In this document: positions 1-12,218 of the stretch, one piece after another
Layout: the number at the start of each line of letters is the position of its first letter
How positions within the stretch are numbered: position 1 is the first letter of the stretch
Origin: Mytilus trossulus
Taxonomy: Eukaryota
Direction of reading: 5' to 3'
DNA: 64,000 nucleotides
NCBI RefSeq assembly: GCF_036588685.1
Contig: NC_086382.1
Coordinates: 20,336,001-20,400,000, forward strand
Notes under the pieces: model-generated
What the model was told of the DNA's origin: nothing
The model's input: the letters and a program-made list of their open reading frames with translations, nothing else
Databases searched by the model: none
Position numbers and translations under genes: made by a program

Positions 1-3000
1 AAGGGTGTGGTTTATGTTCAAGAATTGCGAAATTTTTGAGAATATATTACGCAGTCATTATTTGGATGCATCATTCGGTAGATAAGAAGACATGTCGTTG
101 GAAAGCACAACTGTGCTTCACTGGCTGTGTCTGTAAAGATTCTATTTGCAAAAATGTCATAGAGTTACGTCCCTGCTAAACTGAAGTCTGTAGGTTTCAG
201 CGCTGGAGTTCCCAGTGAAGACATATTTTTGTATGTTTGCAAACACACATTTAAGATTTATAGCTACTATTAAAAATAAAACAAAAGTTGAAATATGTGG
301 TACATCTTGACACGAACTAACTCGTGTGCTTACTAATTGAGAATTTTTGCTTATAATAATGACATGAAATAAAGTCATTAGACACATTGGAAAAGTCGCA
401 CTACTTTTAAATCTACGATTTTTACGCTGTTTAAGTAGACAGAGTTGCCTTTCATACATCTCTGACACTTAATCCGATAACGCCAACTAAAAAAAATAAG
501 ATTTAAAGAAATGATGATATACATCACTATCAAACAAATAACATAACTAATAATTTTGAGCCATTCATTTTCCCCTAAAAGACACAGTTCTTATAGTTTA
601 CATTTATAAAACTGACATGCACTATATTTATAGACAACTAATATACGAGTGACCAAACAGGTCGTTTTTGAAGAAAACAAAATATCATTTCTTCTTTTTC
701 TATTAAGTCCTTTTATCTTCTCTTCTGCATTTTCTCACTTTATTATACATGAAATAACACCTTAACTGCATGTTTGAAAATATGTAGTGTGCAACAAACA
801 GAATGTGGGGTAAACGTCAATAAGACAGCAACCTAGTGACGCAAATAAAAAAAACCGACATGAGCACGCTGAATGGAGAAAAGGAGATGCGAGTTTCCCT
901 CAATGAGACAGCAACCCAGCGACTACAGATATATATGAATGATATATTCCACTTGTTTCGTTTTTGTTTTCGTTTCTACTGATAACAAATGTCCGCAATG
1001 AAAAGCCGGTAGTAATGAAAGTGGCATTAAACACCCCAAAAAAAGCAATACAATAAATCAGGGTTTCTTTTAGACGTGTCGTACATCGTATTTTGGTTTG
1101 GCAAACTCGAACATGTTGGAAGGATTTTAAATTGACTGAAAGCAATGTTTTGCAACACATACATGTTACTCTCTTCTTGTATTTTGATTGATATATTTGT
1201 CGCTGGACATGAAGCAGATTCAATGATGATTAAAAGTTCTTCTTGAATACCTTGTAGAATCTGTTAACTGGAATTTCAATTTAACTAAAGCAATGTTTTG
1301 CAACACATACATGTTACTATCTTTTTGAAACATGACTATTATATTTGTCGCTGGACATGCAGCAGCAACATCAAATACACAAATAATGCATCAATGCCTT
1401 GTACAATTCATTCATTTGTTGAGAAACATATTGCTTATATAAGTTATATGCTTGATAAACACAAGCATATGACAAAGAAGAGTAAGAAGACTGAAAAGAA
1501 AGGAAAGAAGGGTTAAGCATCAAACATATAGGGCCTGCGTTTATAGGTCTTTGTGTCCACATAAATATAGTATGGTGACCTTTCAGTTGTAACTTTATAC
1601 TTAAAGTTTAAACTTCATAAAGGTAAAGTATGTTCGTTGTATAACTTTAACACGTCACCTTTATATATAGAACTATTTTTCTTACAACGAAAGGGTGTGG
1701 TTTATGTTCAAGAATTGCGAAATTTTTGAGAATATATTACGCAGTCATTATTTGGATGCATCATTCGGTAGCTAAGAAGACATGTCGTTGGAAAGCACAA
1801 CTGTGCTTCACTGGCTGTGTCTGTAAAGATTCTATGTGCAAAAATGTCATACAGTTACGTCCCTGCTAAACTGAAGTCTGTAGGTTTCAGCTCTGGAGTT
1901 CCCAGTGAAGACATATTTTTGTATGTTTGCAAACACACATTTAAGATTTATAGCTACTATTAAAAATAAAACAAAAGTTGAAATATGTGGTACATCTTGA
2001 CACGAACTAACTCGTGTGCTTACTAATTGAGAATTTTTGCTTATAATAATGACATAAAATAAAGTCATTAGACACATTGGAAAAGTCGCACTACTTTTAA
2101 ATCTTCGATTTTTACGCAGTTTAAGTAGACAGAGTTGCCTTTCATACATCTCTGACACTTAATCCGATAACGCCAACTAAAAAAAATAAGATTTAAAGAA
2201 ATGATGATATACATCACTATCAAACAAATAACATAACTAATAATTTTGAGCCATACATTTTCCCCTAAAAGACACAGTTCTTATAGTTTACATTCATAAA
2301 ACTGACATGCACTATATTTATAGACAACTAATATACGAGTGACCAAACAGGTCGTTTTTGAAGAAAACAAAATATCATTTCTTCTTTTTCTATTAAGTCC
2401 TTTTATCTTCTCTTCTGCATTTGCTCACTTTATTATACATGAAATAACACCTTAACTGCATGTTTGAAAATATGTAGTGTGCAACAAACAGAATGTGGGG
2501 TAAATGTCAATAAGACAGCAACCTAGTGACGCAAATAAAAAAACCGACATGAGCACGCTGAATGGAGAAAAGGAGATGCGAGTTTCCCTCAATGAGACAG
2601 CAACCCAGCGACTACATATATATATGAATGATATATTCCACTTGTTTCGTTTTTGTTTTCGTTTCTACTGATAAAAAATGTCCGCAATGAAAAGCCGGTA
2701 GTAATGAAAGTGGCATTAAACACCCCAAAAAAAGCAATACAATAAATCAGGGTTTCTTTTAGACGTGTCGTACATCGTATTTTGGTTTGGCAAACTCGAA
2801 CATGTTGGAAGGATTTTAAATTGACTGAAAGCAATGTTTTGCAACACATACATGTTACTATCTTCTTGTATTTTGATTGATATATTTGTCGCTGGACATG
2901 AAGCAGATTCAATGATGATTAAAAGTTCTTCTTGAATACCTTGTAGAATCTGTTAACTGGAATTTCAATTTAACTAAAGCAATGATTTGCAACACATACA

Positions 3001-3141
3001 TGTTACTATCTTTTTGAAATATGACTATTATATTTTTGCTGGACATGCAGCAGCTACATCAAATACAAATAATGCAGCAATGCCTTGTAGAATTGATTCA
3101 TTTGTTGAGAAACATATTGCTTATGTCAGTTATATGTTTGA
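1..3141. repeat. Tandem duplication with a 1690-bp period (copy 1 at 1-1690; partial copy 2 at 1691-~3141); may extend left of the window
   Basis: The start 'aagggtgtggtttatgttcaag' recurs at 1691, and the copies are colinear with few substitutions until ~3141. Each unit has an internal ~80-bp sub-duplication ('aaagcaatgttttgcaacacatacatgttact...gctggacatg' at ~1138 and ~1287). Confidence 0.95.
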
Positions 3142-3524
3142 TATCTGAATCTTTAAGCATAACAGTACAGGTATTATAGACTTTCATTAACGAGAATTCA
3201 AACTTTTGTTTTAAGGAAAAAACTGAGATTTATTTAAAAAATAATCTATATATAATAGAATTATAAACCGGAATTAAAATTGAATTTGGGAATAAAATTA
3301 GGAGTTTTGGAAAACATTAATTTAAAAAAATTTAACAGCAAAACACATTTACTTCATCAAAAGGCAGTAATTGGTGTATAAATTGTGGAGAATCTACTTA
3401 GGAGAAGTATATTTATGTGTGTTTATTTGTTAAATTGGTTGTATTCTTTTTGTGGGGTATTTTGATTTTGCAATTTTTGTTCAATTCCTAGAATGTGTAA
3501 TTTTTTATGAATATTTGAAAAAAA

Positions 3525-5100
3525 GAAGATGTGGTATGATGGCTAATGAGACAACTGTCCACAGGAAACCAAAATGGCACAGACATTAACAACTATAGGT
3601 CACCGTACGGCCTTCAACAATGATCAAAGCCCACACCGCATAGTTAGCTATAAAAGGCCCCAATAAGACAATGTAAAACAATTCAAACGAGAAAACTAAC
3701 GGCCTTATTTATATAAAAAAAAATGAACGAGAAACAAAAATGTAACACATAAACAAACGACAACCACTAATTACAGGCTCCTGACTTGGGACAGGCACAT
3801 ACTTAAATAATTAAACATGTTAGCGGGATCCCAAACCCCTTACCTGGGACAGTGGTATACCAGTACAACATAAGAACGAACTATAAAAATCAGTTGAAAA
3901 AGGCTTAACTCATCAGATGGACAAAACTACAAGTAGACGTGGCCGGGTACTTGTACATCCCGACAAAAAAGACACTATAGGAACAGATCTGAGAGTACTC
4001 GCAGTTATCTGACTGCTAGTTCAAAGCCACTAACAACTAATAAAACAAATCATGCATCTAAGACTTAACATATCTGGCCAAAGTTTGTTTTACTGAACTA
4101 CTTTCTTCAACTCGTGTCATATCTGTTATGAATTTGCAGTTTATTTTGATTGAACTATGTAAAAAAGGGACTTTACTAACTACAGAAATAATATATGATA
4201 AATCATCAATCAGAAATCACCCATTCCTTATAATCTGCTGTAAAAGGCTCCGAAATGAAAAACATAAAACAATTCAATTAAGAAATTAAAAGGCCCAAAG
4301 TATTACAAAATAATTTACGATAAACAAAGATGACAGACATAAACCACAGGCTTCTGACTTGGGGTGGGGTTAAACATGTTTTTGAGTGCACAACCTTCAG
4401 CTAACCTTGAACAATGGTGTTACAGCAAAACATAAGAACTAACTTAAAGAAGCAGTTGAAAAGGTCTCAACTACTGAGATCGATAAAGTGCAGAAAAACA
4501 TCTAAACGAAAACACAGACCGGACGTAACAGGGTAGTTATACATCTAGAACAAAAAAAAAATATGTTAATGCCACATAGTTCAAAACCATTTTCAACTAA
4601 TAAAAAATAGTCATGTATCTGTGACTAAAACATCAATCAGTTCACATCCAAAATCCAGTTAATTCAATATAAAGACGTCATCAATAGTGAAAGAAAGAGT
4701 ATGATCGTTTGCAATGTCACAATATTGTTATCAACGGATTGTAGTAACTTGAAAGTACGCATGCGAAGTGTTAAGAATGGTTTAAATTTACTGATAACAA
4801 AATCAATATTTATACTTATAAGTACAGTTATTACATTAGAAATAAAATAACTAGTGTTGAATAGAATACCTTTTAGAATACTAGTAAGCATATTTAATGG
4901 ATTGATTTTACCCGGACCATATCTATATTACCGGGTTCTGTTCACAACATCACCGTAAAATGTGGGACGCGTAATTAATAGGTTTTGAAAGAGTTGGTTT
5001 TCTGATATCTTATTCGAACCTTTTGCATAACGTTCGTAATGGGACTTTCGTCTTCAACAACGTTACTACGAACAGACCTTTTTACTGCACTGTGGAATGT
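3525..5100 (-). mobile_element. Dispersed repeat (family A, 'gaagatgtggtatgattgccaatgagacaact...') continuing into a decayed retroelement ORF end, possibly Penelope-like
   Basis: The family A head recurs at ~8280(-), 16010(-), 28840(-), 34005, 38860, 41616/41806, 62730, 63510 and 63800. The minus strand at ~4930-4980 reads ITRPTFYGDVVNRTR, resembling the C-terminus of bivalve retroelement ORFs (recognition only). Confidence 0.45.
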
Positions 5101-5227
5101 CTTTCTACTCTGCATGGAAAGAATTTGAGGCAAGTATTTCTATACACAATAAATGCTAACTTACATTTGTGTTGCAAGGCATCATGCTAGAGAGCTGAAT
5201 GCAAATTTGCCAGCTAGTCCAAGTGCT

Positions 5228-5260
<33 letters not shown>

Positions 5261-6171
5261 AGGTTTATATTTGTGGAGGGAAGGTTTTGTTCGTTTGTTT
5301 TACCATGATAGATGGTTATCTAGACGAATGATAAATTTGCCCAGCGCCAAAATGACATAGAAAGTAACAATAATATGTCACTGTACGGCCGTCAAAAATG
5401 AACAGACAATTTTATTGTTCATACATATTAAGTATTCAGTTCTCGGTTATACAGACGGAGTTTGCGTAAATGGTATAACTTTGATTTTTAATGAGCAGAT
5501 ATAAGTATTTTTTGTAGTGGCAGCTTCACAACATAACCAATGCAATTTCTTGAAGTGTTTGTAGTAACTCTATTTAATAACCATTTGTTACTAGGTAAGC
5601 ATATTCTATTGTTTCCCAATGCCTTACTGAAAGGGTCTTATTCATTTCCTAACTGAAATTAATAGAAGTGCTTGAGATGCCAATCTTTTGGAGACAACAC
5701 TTGATGTTTTTCTATTTCATTCTCATGTAATTAGATATTATGGTTCCGTTCTGGATGTAATTCGTAATATCGAGGAAACAATTTTTTACTATCAATGTTT
5801 CCTTGTAAATTTAATTGAATAATGCAAGACGTGTTCAAGAAATTAATTCAGGTGGTCTTGTGGATTAGATCATTTAAAATCAATAACACCAATATATCGA
5901 AACAATGATGATAGCTGGTATTGGGCACTTACTAAGATGCGGGTTCAAGTTGGCACAAACATCGGTTGAAAGGGGCAGGTAATTGTTACTTTATTTGACG
6001 TGTAACTGAGTTATTTTGTGTAATGAATATTCCGCACCCAAATAGATTTTATCATGTGTTGCTATTTATAGGCATTTATGTACATTTGCCCATAAAAGAA
6101 ATAAGACCAAAGTAAAAAGCAATTACAGGTTATCGCATTGACTTCACCAACAGCGAAAACCGTTATCGAGC

Positions 6172-6322
6172 ACAGTGCATTCATTTTTTTACTTCCCACT
6201 AATTTTTCGTGGATTGAAGAAACTTGATTTTGCAAATGTGTGCGTACAAGCCTATTTACAATTTGTGCTTAGTTGAAAATCCGTGAAAACCGGTATTTAC
6301 CGAAAAATAGTGAATCTGCAGT
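6172..6322. mobile_element. Degenerate short MITE (Tc1/mariner-like); related copy at ~14447-14640
   Basis: Imperfect inverted ends 'gcattcattttttt...aatttttcgtggatt' / 'aatccgtgaaaaccggtatt...atagtgaatctgcagt'. The second copy reads 'attttcatgggtaccaattttcgtagat'. Confidence 0.45.
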
Positions 6323-8764
6323 TGTACAAAATAAAAGGTGAGTTTGAGGTTAACTAAACTGCCGATACTGACGGATCATGTTCCATTCATTTCATAAGCA
6401 GTATACTCATTTTAATAATTTTGGATTATTTTAATGGATAATCATAGAAGTTTACTACTATGACCTACATCTTTAAGTGTTATTCAAAATTGAATGAATT
6501 TGTAACAAATAACACGATCGAACGTTATGAATTGTTTGCTATTTACTCTTTTCTTTATCTGTCAATTTGCATTTTTGAAAAGGATTTTTATTGGTCCTGT
6601 TTATTTAGGATTTTCATCATCAAAACTCTAACTATATTAGACTTGGTATTATTACAAACCATTCTCATTCAACACATTTTGTTGCAAGACTGGATTATCA
6701 TATTATTTTTTTAATCTTCACTGAATTGATCAATAGAAACAGTGTTATAACAAAGTTTAACTAAAATACCGAAGTCATGGTTATTTTTTAAACATGTTAA
6801 AGGGAGAATCCATAAACACTGACGACGTAATTTATCATACTATTAATCTGTTAAAATAAAGTGTAAAATTTTACTTTGTTTGTCACCATGATCAGTATGA
6901 TACTATACAATGATATTTTGAAACCGATATCTCGAAGCCTATATCTTAAATCTTTTTTGGGGGGATTTGTACAAATTTTTACATTAAAAAAAAAATACAT
7001 CATGCATAATTTTTGGCGAGGACACTCGAGGAATACGTTGTGTTATTCTGTGGAATTTGGTCGTACCCGAACATGATTAACAATACAGGATGCATTTTTG
7101 AGATTCCCTACAATCGGGATCAAATTTGACAAAGAGTCGTTTTTGTTATGCTGAGTATACTAAATAACCGCTTATATAAATTTTACGGTATTATGCACAT
7201 ATTATTCAAGGTATATATAATACGATTTAAACATTAAAAGTAATACTTCGAATTAAGATATGTTTTACTTTGAAAAGATAATCTTATTACAAAGTGGTTT
7301 TCACTGCTAATGCTTATTATATTAAAATTTGTGGATTTAATATGTTTATAAATTTGTTTAATTCACATACATAATATATCATTATGTAAATCTTGTTCGA
7401 TTTCTTTTTTCATTTAAAAAGAACGATTATGATCATGTAACTGTGTTTATAACAATCATAATACATTATCAATTCTAATCAAATATTTATTGTCGTATAC
7501 ACGTTAAACATTAAGTTGGTGACATACAAAATAAGTAAACAATATAACTATAATTCGCACATATAAATATATATATTATCAAATAAAAAAAAATAATGAC
7601 AATTTCGATTGGTCGGGTTGTGATGAGGTGGGTTAATATCTGCAATTATTCACATACGTTTGAAAGTTTGACTGCTTTGTAAAAGTAAAGACTTGTCATT
7701 TTAATATGAACACATATTATTTATTAAGTTGTTGATCTGTTTATAGATCATCCGGACAATAATATAGGGTATGTCAAGAGTTGAAAGAACAAAAAATACT
7801 TTGTAGCAAAATATACAGAACAGAAAACATAGGTAAAAAAATTACATAAAGAGAAAAATAAGTAAAAAACTTTTAGATCCCAACAAATACTTTATAATTT
7901 ACAAATCAATAACAAATATTATGTATAGAGTCAGGCATTTTTATTGGCATTTTTACTTCCGATTTGTTCTTCAATGTAGAAACTAAGCATATTTAAAATC
8001 AATCGATTAGGATTTAGCACTTGCACATCTAACCCCATAAAAGAATTGACAAACACATAGGTGCTTCGAAATTGTAAGCAGTTGCTGCTTAGCTGTGGAA
8101 CTATCATGTATATCTAGACAATTAAAATCCGATTGAAATTCAGATTCAGTGATGTCATTTATGTTTTAAGCAAGTCATTCTTGATGCGGAGGATACCATG
8201 ATTTGCGTTATAGTTATTGAATACTTGTAATTAATACATGCATATAATGGTTTACTTTTATAAATTTTTATTTGAATGGAGAGTTGTCTCATTGGCACTC
8301 ATACCACATCTTCCTATATCTATATGATCTAAATGTAGTAAACGTATTCTGATGTTAGTTTTTCTCGTTGATGACAACACCTATTTTATCATAAAACATC
8401 TCTTTAAATATTGTTTTCTATAACGAAAAGATTGATGAGCCACGTTGCATAAAAGAAAACAAAATAACCATTATGTTGAATGTGAGAGACCTATATTTTT
8501 CAGCGAGACATTTAAACACGGAAGTGACCTCTAGATGGCTAGATAGTTGAACGTTCTTGTACAATCTGATAAAAAAAAAACCACAGCACTTCTTTTCCGA
8601 ATCGTTGTTTCATGTATCTAAAATAAAATCTTGAACAAAATAACAAAGTCCTAAATGTTTACATTCTTTTTAAATATTTGTGTTGTGTCAACACGTCCTT
8701 CCAATAACATGATAATAAGTTTTATGCATATTTCAGGTTTCACTAAACAATACAATTGATTCAA

Positions 8765-9216
8765 ATGGCTCTGTACTTAAACATCCCGTCATTGTGTTAT
8801 TGTACTATGGTAAATTTGTGTATTCTTGTCTTTAATTTTTGCAAATATGCTTGGTCTTTATGCCATTCGCTGCTTCTTTCTTACATATTTGGATGTTTTT
8901 AGTGATTAAGATTATAATACAATGTTGACTACTGTATTTTTGACGTTTTTACTTATTATTTCTGTTAGTTTTATTCACAGATCGTTGTCAATATAATGGA
9001 CTTTATTGCGACTGTCATACAGTGAGAGGTTTAGCTAGCCATAAAACCAGGTTCAATCCACCATTTTCTACATAAGAAAATGCCTGTACCAATTCAGGAA
9101 CATGACAGTTGTTATCCATTCGTTTGATGTGTTTGAACTGTATATTTTGCCATAAGTTAAGGGACTTTCCGTTCTGAGTTTTCCTGGGAGTTCAGTATTT
9201 TTGTGATTGTACTTTT
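8765..9216. repeat. Dispersed repeat family C; second partial copy at ~26478-26670
   Basis: Shared block 'gtgagaggtt...ataaaaccaggttcaatccaccattttctacat...ctgtacca...tcaggaa...ggagttcagtatttttgtgatt'. Confidence 0.75.
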
Positions 9217-9892
9217 TAATTCTTTATGCATCGATTGCAAATGACGTTCAAATATGTTTGTACAACTTCAAATTTATTAAATTACAGTACTTTTCTGTTA
9301 TGTTGTCCCTGCATTTACTATTTTTATATAAATGATTGATTCAGAGAAAATAAATGACTTAACGAAAAGATTTTGGGTCTGTGGTAACCAGTTAGTATTT
9401 TGGGCGAGTTTTCAACAATTTTGATATCAAGTAAGTCATTGAGACTGTACACCTTATAAGCGATCCTGTTTAGAGCTAATTAGTCAAGTAATAATGAACT
9501 TTTGCAGTAAAATACTAAGTTATTAATAATTAAAACCAAAAAAAAATATTGAAATAAACACGAATATCCAAACTGTGAATTTTATAATTAGTTTAGTTTT
9601 ATTTAGAACAGATAAATTGTTGTCTAGTATGTTTAGCCATTGTGTCAATGTTTCTTGGCTTACAAGGAAATGATACACAAAAACTTTTATGAGATTCATT
9701 TAATACGCCAGACGCGCATTTTGCCTACATACGATATTTTTAAAGTTAAAAAACGGAAAGCGTTCTATATATTCGTAAGAAAACGGATTTCAAATGTCAA
9801 ATTGAAGATACAATATGACACTTAATTTTCAGCGAATGCATTTAAAAAAGAATAAGCATATCTCTGAACAAGTAATGTTACAGTTTTACTGT

Positions 9893-12100
9893 TTATATAT
9901 CTAGCATAAACATCTCTTGACTGTGCAGTGATTTAGCGGTAAATTTTGTGTTTGCACATTTTAGTCCATTGTTTGTAAGAATCGGAGAACCTAATCTTTC
10001 ATGAATGTCCTGGAACAAATGATGCTTCCTGTTTGAAAAGTCAATGTCTGTTCCAACACGAATAAAAGCTTTAAGTTTTTCTTCACAGATTTCTGACGAC
10101 TCCAACTGATGGTAATTTATAATTATGATTTGCCTTTCCTTATTGTGTTGAAAGCTATGCCAAATGTATTTCCATTCAACAGTCGTCCAAAACGTATCTT
10201 CAGTGTGATATTTGTCACAGAGTATAACTATATAGTTCTTACAGATATTTATATTATTAATCAATGCTTCTTCTCTGATATCCCCGAACTTTCCGTCTCT
10301 ACATGGTATAAAAGTTTTATAACAAGCGCCTTTCAAGTAGGATGCCAATTTTTGCATAACCCACAAACGCAGTTCTTCGTCATTATCATCAAAAGATATT
10401 AAAACATCGTATTTTAGTAATGGGTAAATTTTCGTAGATTTTTGATTTATAAATCGTCTTTTTAAGATGAACAGTTCGTAGCGGAATGTATACAACACAC
10501 CGAAAACTCCTAATAGAAGAGCAATTATTATTCCAAATAAAATATTTAGAAATATCAAATTAGAGTCATCATTGCAGAAATTACCTAAATCTAGATCAAT
10601 CGTTGAAACATATTCATCCCCGATAAAGCAGATAATTTCAGTTGTGTTTTTGCATCGTCCTGCTCGCTTGTTTTTCACCCAGTCTACAAGCCACTGATCA
10701 CCACAACCGCATGATATTTGTATTTTTCCCAATTTTGTTATACAGGGATCAAATGATTGAAAATCTCGAGGTAACTCATTCATATTGTTGTCAGACAAAT
10801 CAAAAACTGCGTTGCTGTCTATAGATTCAATGGCATTGCTTGAAATTGTATTTAATTTATTATTTGAAAGTCTAATGACAGACGATCTGTTAAAATATTC
10901 CCGATATTCTAATTTTGTTATATCGTTTTCATCAAATAGCAAGGTCAAGTTATCGCCTTCAGGAACATAGGTAGGCAACTCAAGTAATCCAACTCCGGTA
11001 CAATTAACCACAGTTCTTCTGTTTTTCGGTTGATAAAAACAGTAACATTTTTTTGGACATTTATCAGCAGATGACTTGTTACAAACCAGCAAATCAAGTT
11101 GATCCCCCTCCATAAAAAAATCCGTAATTGACACTCCACGGTATTCCGGTGGATCCCAACATGTAACATTGAAGTAATCACGCCAGATTCTTTTTAACGT
11201 ATCTTGTGAAAGTTCAAGAAACGGTTTCATTCTGCAATCACAAGTCCATTTCATATTTTGCAAGGAAAATCCAAATTGCATGACTTTTCCTAGAATACTA
11301 ATGTCGTCTATTCCTAGATCTTTGAAGTCAAACCATTGTGTGATATCATTTGAATTTATATTTACGAAGCCTCCATGATAAATTTTGTCGACATCAATTT
11401 TAAAATTCTGTTCATTAACTATTTTAACGATGTTATTTGAAGAAAAATCATACTGACAGAAACGGTTTTCTGGAATTAAATTACTCATATCAATATCCGT
11501 CATATTGTTGAAGGACAGATCGGCCAAAAAAATTGACATCGTTGTTCCTGCCAGAGCGAATGGTTCAACTGTCGTAATTCCATTATGATTTAATCTTAAT
11601 ACCCTTAATAAAGGTAAATGTTTAAACGTGTTACTCCCAATTGAATCGATGGAATTATGACTCAAATCAAGTGTATCTAGTATATGTAAACATGATATAT
11701 TTCCTATCGATGAAATTTTATTATGGGTGGCTTCTATTTCTACTAAATTCACAAACTCGCATACATTGTCTGGTAGTTTGGATAAGAATCCATTGCTATG
11801 TACCAAACGTGCATTAGCAATGGTTGTATTTCCTATCAGTTGAGCTGTGCCCCCTCTACGTGTATACTCCAAAACTAAATCATAAGTCAAAGAATATAGT
11901 TTCCAAGATGGTTCAGCCCAGCACGTGCAGCAACCATTTTTCGTCGAAACATATAGTGCCGGGTCTCGTGTACAATGATCAGAAGGGCAAAGTAGATCTG
12001 TTCTGTTAATAAACGGTGGACTCCACTTATCCCATGTTTCCGATTTTAAGTTTTGTATGGATTGAGCAATAAACAAAAGAGAAAAAACATGCTTAACCAT
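9893..12100 (-). CDS. Toll-like receptor, single exon, 735 aa (signal peptide, Cys-rich cap, LRRs, internal LRR-CT/LRR-NT cluster, LRRs, LRR-CT, TM, TIR); short multi-cysteine-cluster (protostome-type) TLR
   Basis: LRR motifs (LDTLDLSHNSI, LRVLRLNHNGI); WTCDC...TCWDP (LRR-CT); CPKKCYC...VNC (LRR-NT); second CT (ISCGC); hydrophobic TM (IFLNILFGIIIALLLGVFGVLY); TIR box 1 (KYDVLISF) and RD..G box 2. Confidence 0.95.
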   Translation of the reverse strand: MVKHVFSLLFIAQSIQNLKSETWDKWSPPFINRTDLLCPSDHCTRDPALYVSTKNGCCTCWAEPSWKLYSLTYDLVLEYTRRGGTAQLIGNTTIANARLVHSNGFLSKLPDNVCEFVNLVEIEATHNKISSIGNISCLHILDTLDLSHNSIDSIGSNTFKHLPLLRVLRLNHNGITTVEPFALAGTTMSIFLADLSFNNMTDIDMSNLIPENRFCQYDFSSNNIVKIVNEQNFKIDVDKIYHGGFVNINSNDITQWFDFKDLGIDDISILGKVMQFGFSLQNMKWTCDCRMKPFLELSQDTLKRIWRDYFNVTCWDPPEYRGVSITDFFMEGDQLDLLVCNKSSADKCPKKCYCFYQPKNRRTVVNCTGVGLLELPTYVPEGDNLTLLFDENDITKLEYREYFNRSSVIRLSNNKLNTISSNAIESIDSNAVFDLSDNNMNELPRDFQSFDPCITKLGKIQISCGCGDQWLVDWVKNKRAGRCKNTTEIICFIGDEYVSTIDLDLGNFCNDDSNLIFLNILFGIIIALLLGVFGVLYTFRYELFILKRRFINQKSTKIYPLLKYDVLISFDDNDEELRLWVMQKLASYLKGACYKTFIPCRDGKFGDIREEALINNINICKNYIVILCDKYHTEDTFWTTVEWKYIWHSFQHNKERQIIIINYHQLESSEICEEKLKAFIRVGTDIDFSNRKHHLFQDIHERLGSPILTNNGLKCANTKFTAKSLHSQEMFMLDI

Positions 12101-12185
12101 TGCGTGCCTGGCAATTAATGTTCAGTTGCAGCGATGTGTATACTACATGTATTTAATATTGACAATACAGTACGTATTCATTTGT

Positions 12186-12218
12186 TATATTTCAACCAAT
12201 AGGAATGCTAAATATAAG
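12186..12218 (-). promoter_or_regulatory. Conserved upstream block with a CCAAT box, shared with the second TLR (24299-24331)
   Basis: CCAAT starts exactly 96 bp from the ATG in both genes (12196 vs 12100; 24309 vs 24213), in similar contexts 'aaccaataggaatgctaaatataa' and 'aaccaatgaaaatgcgtgatataa'. Confidence 0.5.

Noticed and set aside
157-2912. Duplicated 103-aa and 107-aa ORFs
   Set aside because: They recur only because of the 1.69-kb duplication; they have no recognisable domain and non-ATG starts.
9704-9731. Hammerhead-like 3' half on the minus strand ('caaaatgcgcgtctggcgta')
   Set aside because: GAAA is mutated and the CUGANGA half is missing, so it is a dead fragment.
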